A stretch of 64,000 nucleotides of DNA from Eukaryota sp. GEM-RC1 (taxonomy: Eukaryota), in NCBI GenBank assembly GCA_040285855.1, contig JAUFOQ010000005.1, positions 186,001 to 250,000 of the forward strand, in the 5' to 3' direction. Each line of letters begins with the position of its first letter. The stretch's first letter is position 1. Both the position numbers and the translations under genes were made by a program. The notes under the pieces are model-generated. The model was not told the DNA's origin. It made no database searches and saw nothing but the letters and a program-made list of their open reading frames with translations. Shown here one piece after another: positions 63,271 to 64,000 of the stretch.

Positions 63271-64000
63271 TACTTCAAATACGTTTTAACTGTACAAAGA
63301 AGTGCTATTGATGAGGTAAAAATGAATGTTAATCAGTTTGATTCGTGTCTGCCAGAATAATTGTAGATACATTACTTCTTCAAAACTAGAATACACGAGT
63401 GTAAAACATGAATGATTTTTGAGTTATTAGGGCTGCAGACAAACATCTTTTAGCAAATTTTTATTTTAATTACAACATCACTACCATGACAGTGTACATA
63501 CATCTAATAATCAATATCCTCAAAGTCCAGATTGTCTATCTGAAAATTCTCACCTACCTTATCCTCATAATGTCGGCCAAGAGATAATAAAGCGCTAGAT
63601 ACAGAAAGTATTATACATTTAAAGATAACAAACACAATTCGATTTTTTCGTGAAACCGAATTCAATAATGTCAATTGAGTTTTAAAAGTTTTTCACCAAT
63701 CAACAGAGGGTTTTTAGCATAAGATTTAGCAAGTTTCTTGTTGGAATCATTACAAACATTGATAAAAGTCATTGTGGTTTGTAGTTCGTTAATTTATGAC
63801 ATAAACTTTTTTTATAAAAACAAAAGGAATTACTGTTACTTCATCATTAATCTGAAGAATGATTTGACGGAAACACTTTCAGTCTTTTTTTCTTCTGAGA
63901 AATGTCCAGACAGAGCAGTTGCGACCAGGAGTCTGTCTTTCTTCGTCATCATTCCACATACTTCTTGCTCGTTAACACAACAATAATAAGCAATTAATAA

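Overview
AT-rich, apparently intron-poor eukaryotic DNA, most likely from a protist (inferred from gene content, not proven). Host genes: a left-truncated DUF3638/DUF3645 P-loop protein (2-3229); a TmcB/TmcC-like multi-pass membrane gene (10943-16109, minus strand) broken by about 8 indels, each at or next to a mononucleotide run; a second TmcB-like gene cut off at ~23243; a tandem-BTB pseudogene; and a tandem-BTB + ALK/LTK-like glycine-rich fusion gene (56434-58988). About 30 kb (23244-53939) is a head-to-tail array of 4.6 near-identical ~6.59 kb units of an already dead Ty3/Gypsy retrotransposon. Every unit carries the same hAT MITE in RT and the same inactivating lesions. The array is bounded by two similar-sized but non-identical LTR-like ends and has no target-site duplication (TSD). 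The rest contains several hAT elements with readable terminal inverted repeats (TIRs) and 8-bp TSDs, including one hAT nested in another (54001-55741), a second truncated Gypsy element (~59550-62450), and two 3-prime fragments resembling RLE-type non-LTR retrotransposons. No rRNA, tRNA or CRISPR features were seen. All calls come from reading motifs by eye; no searches were run.
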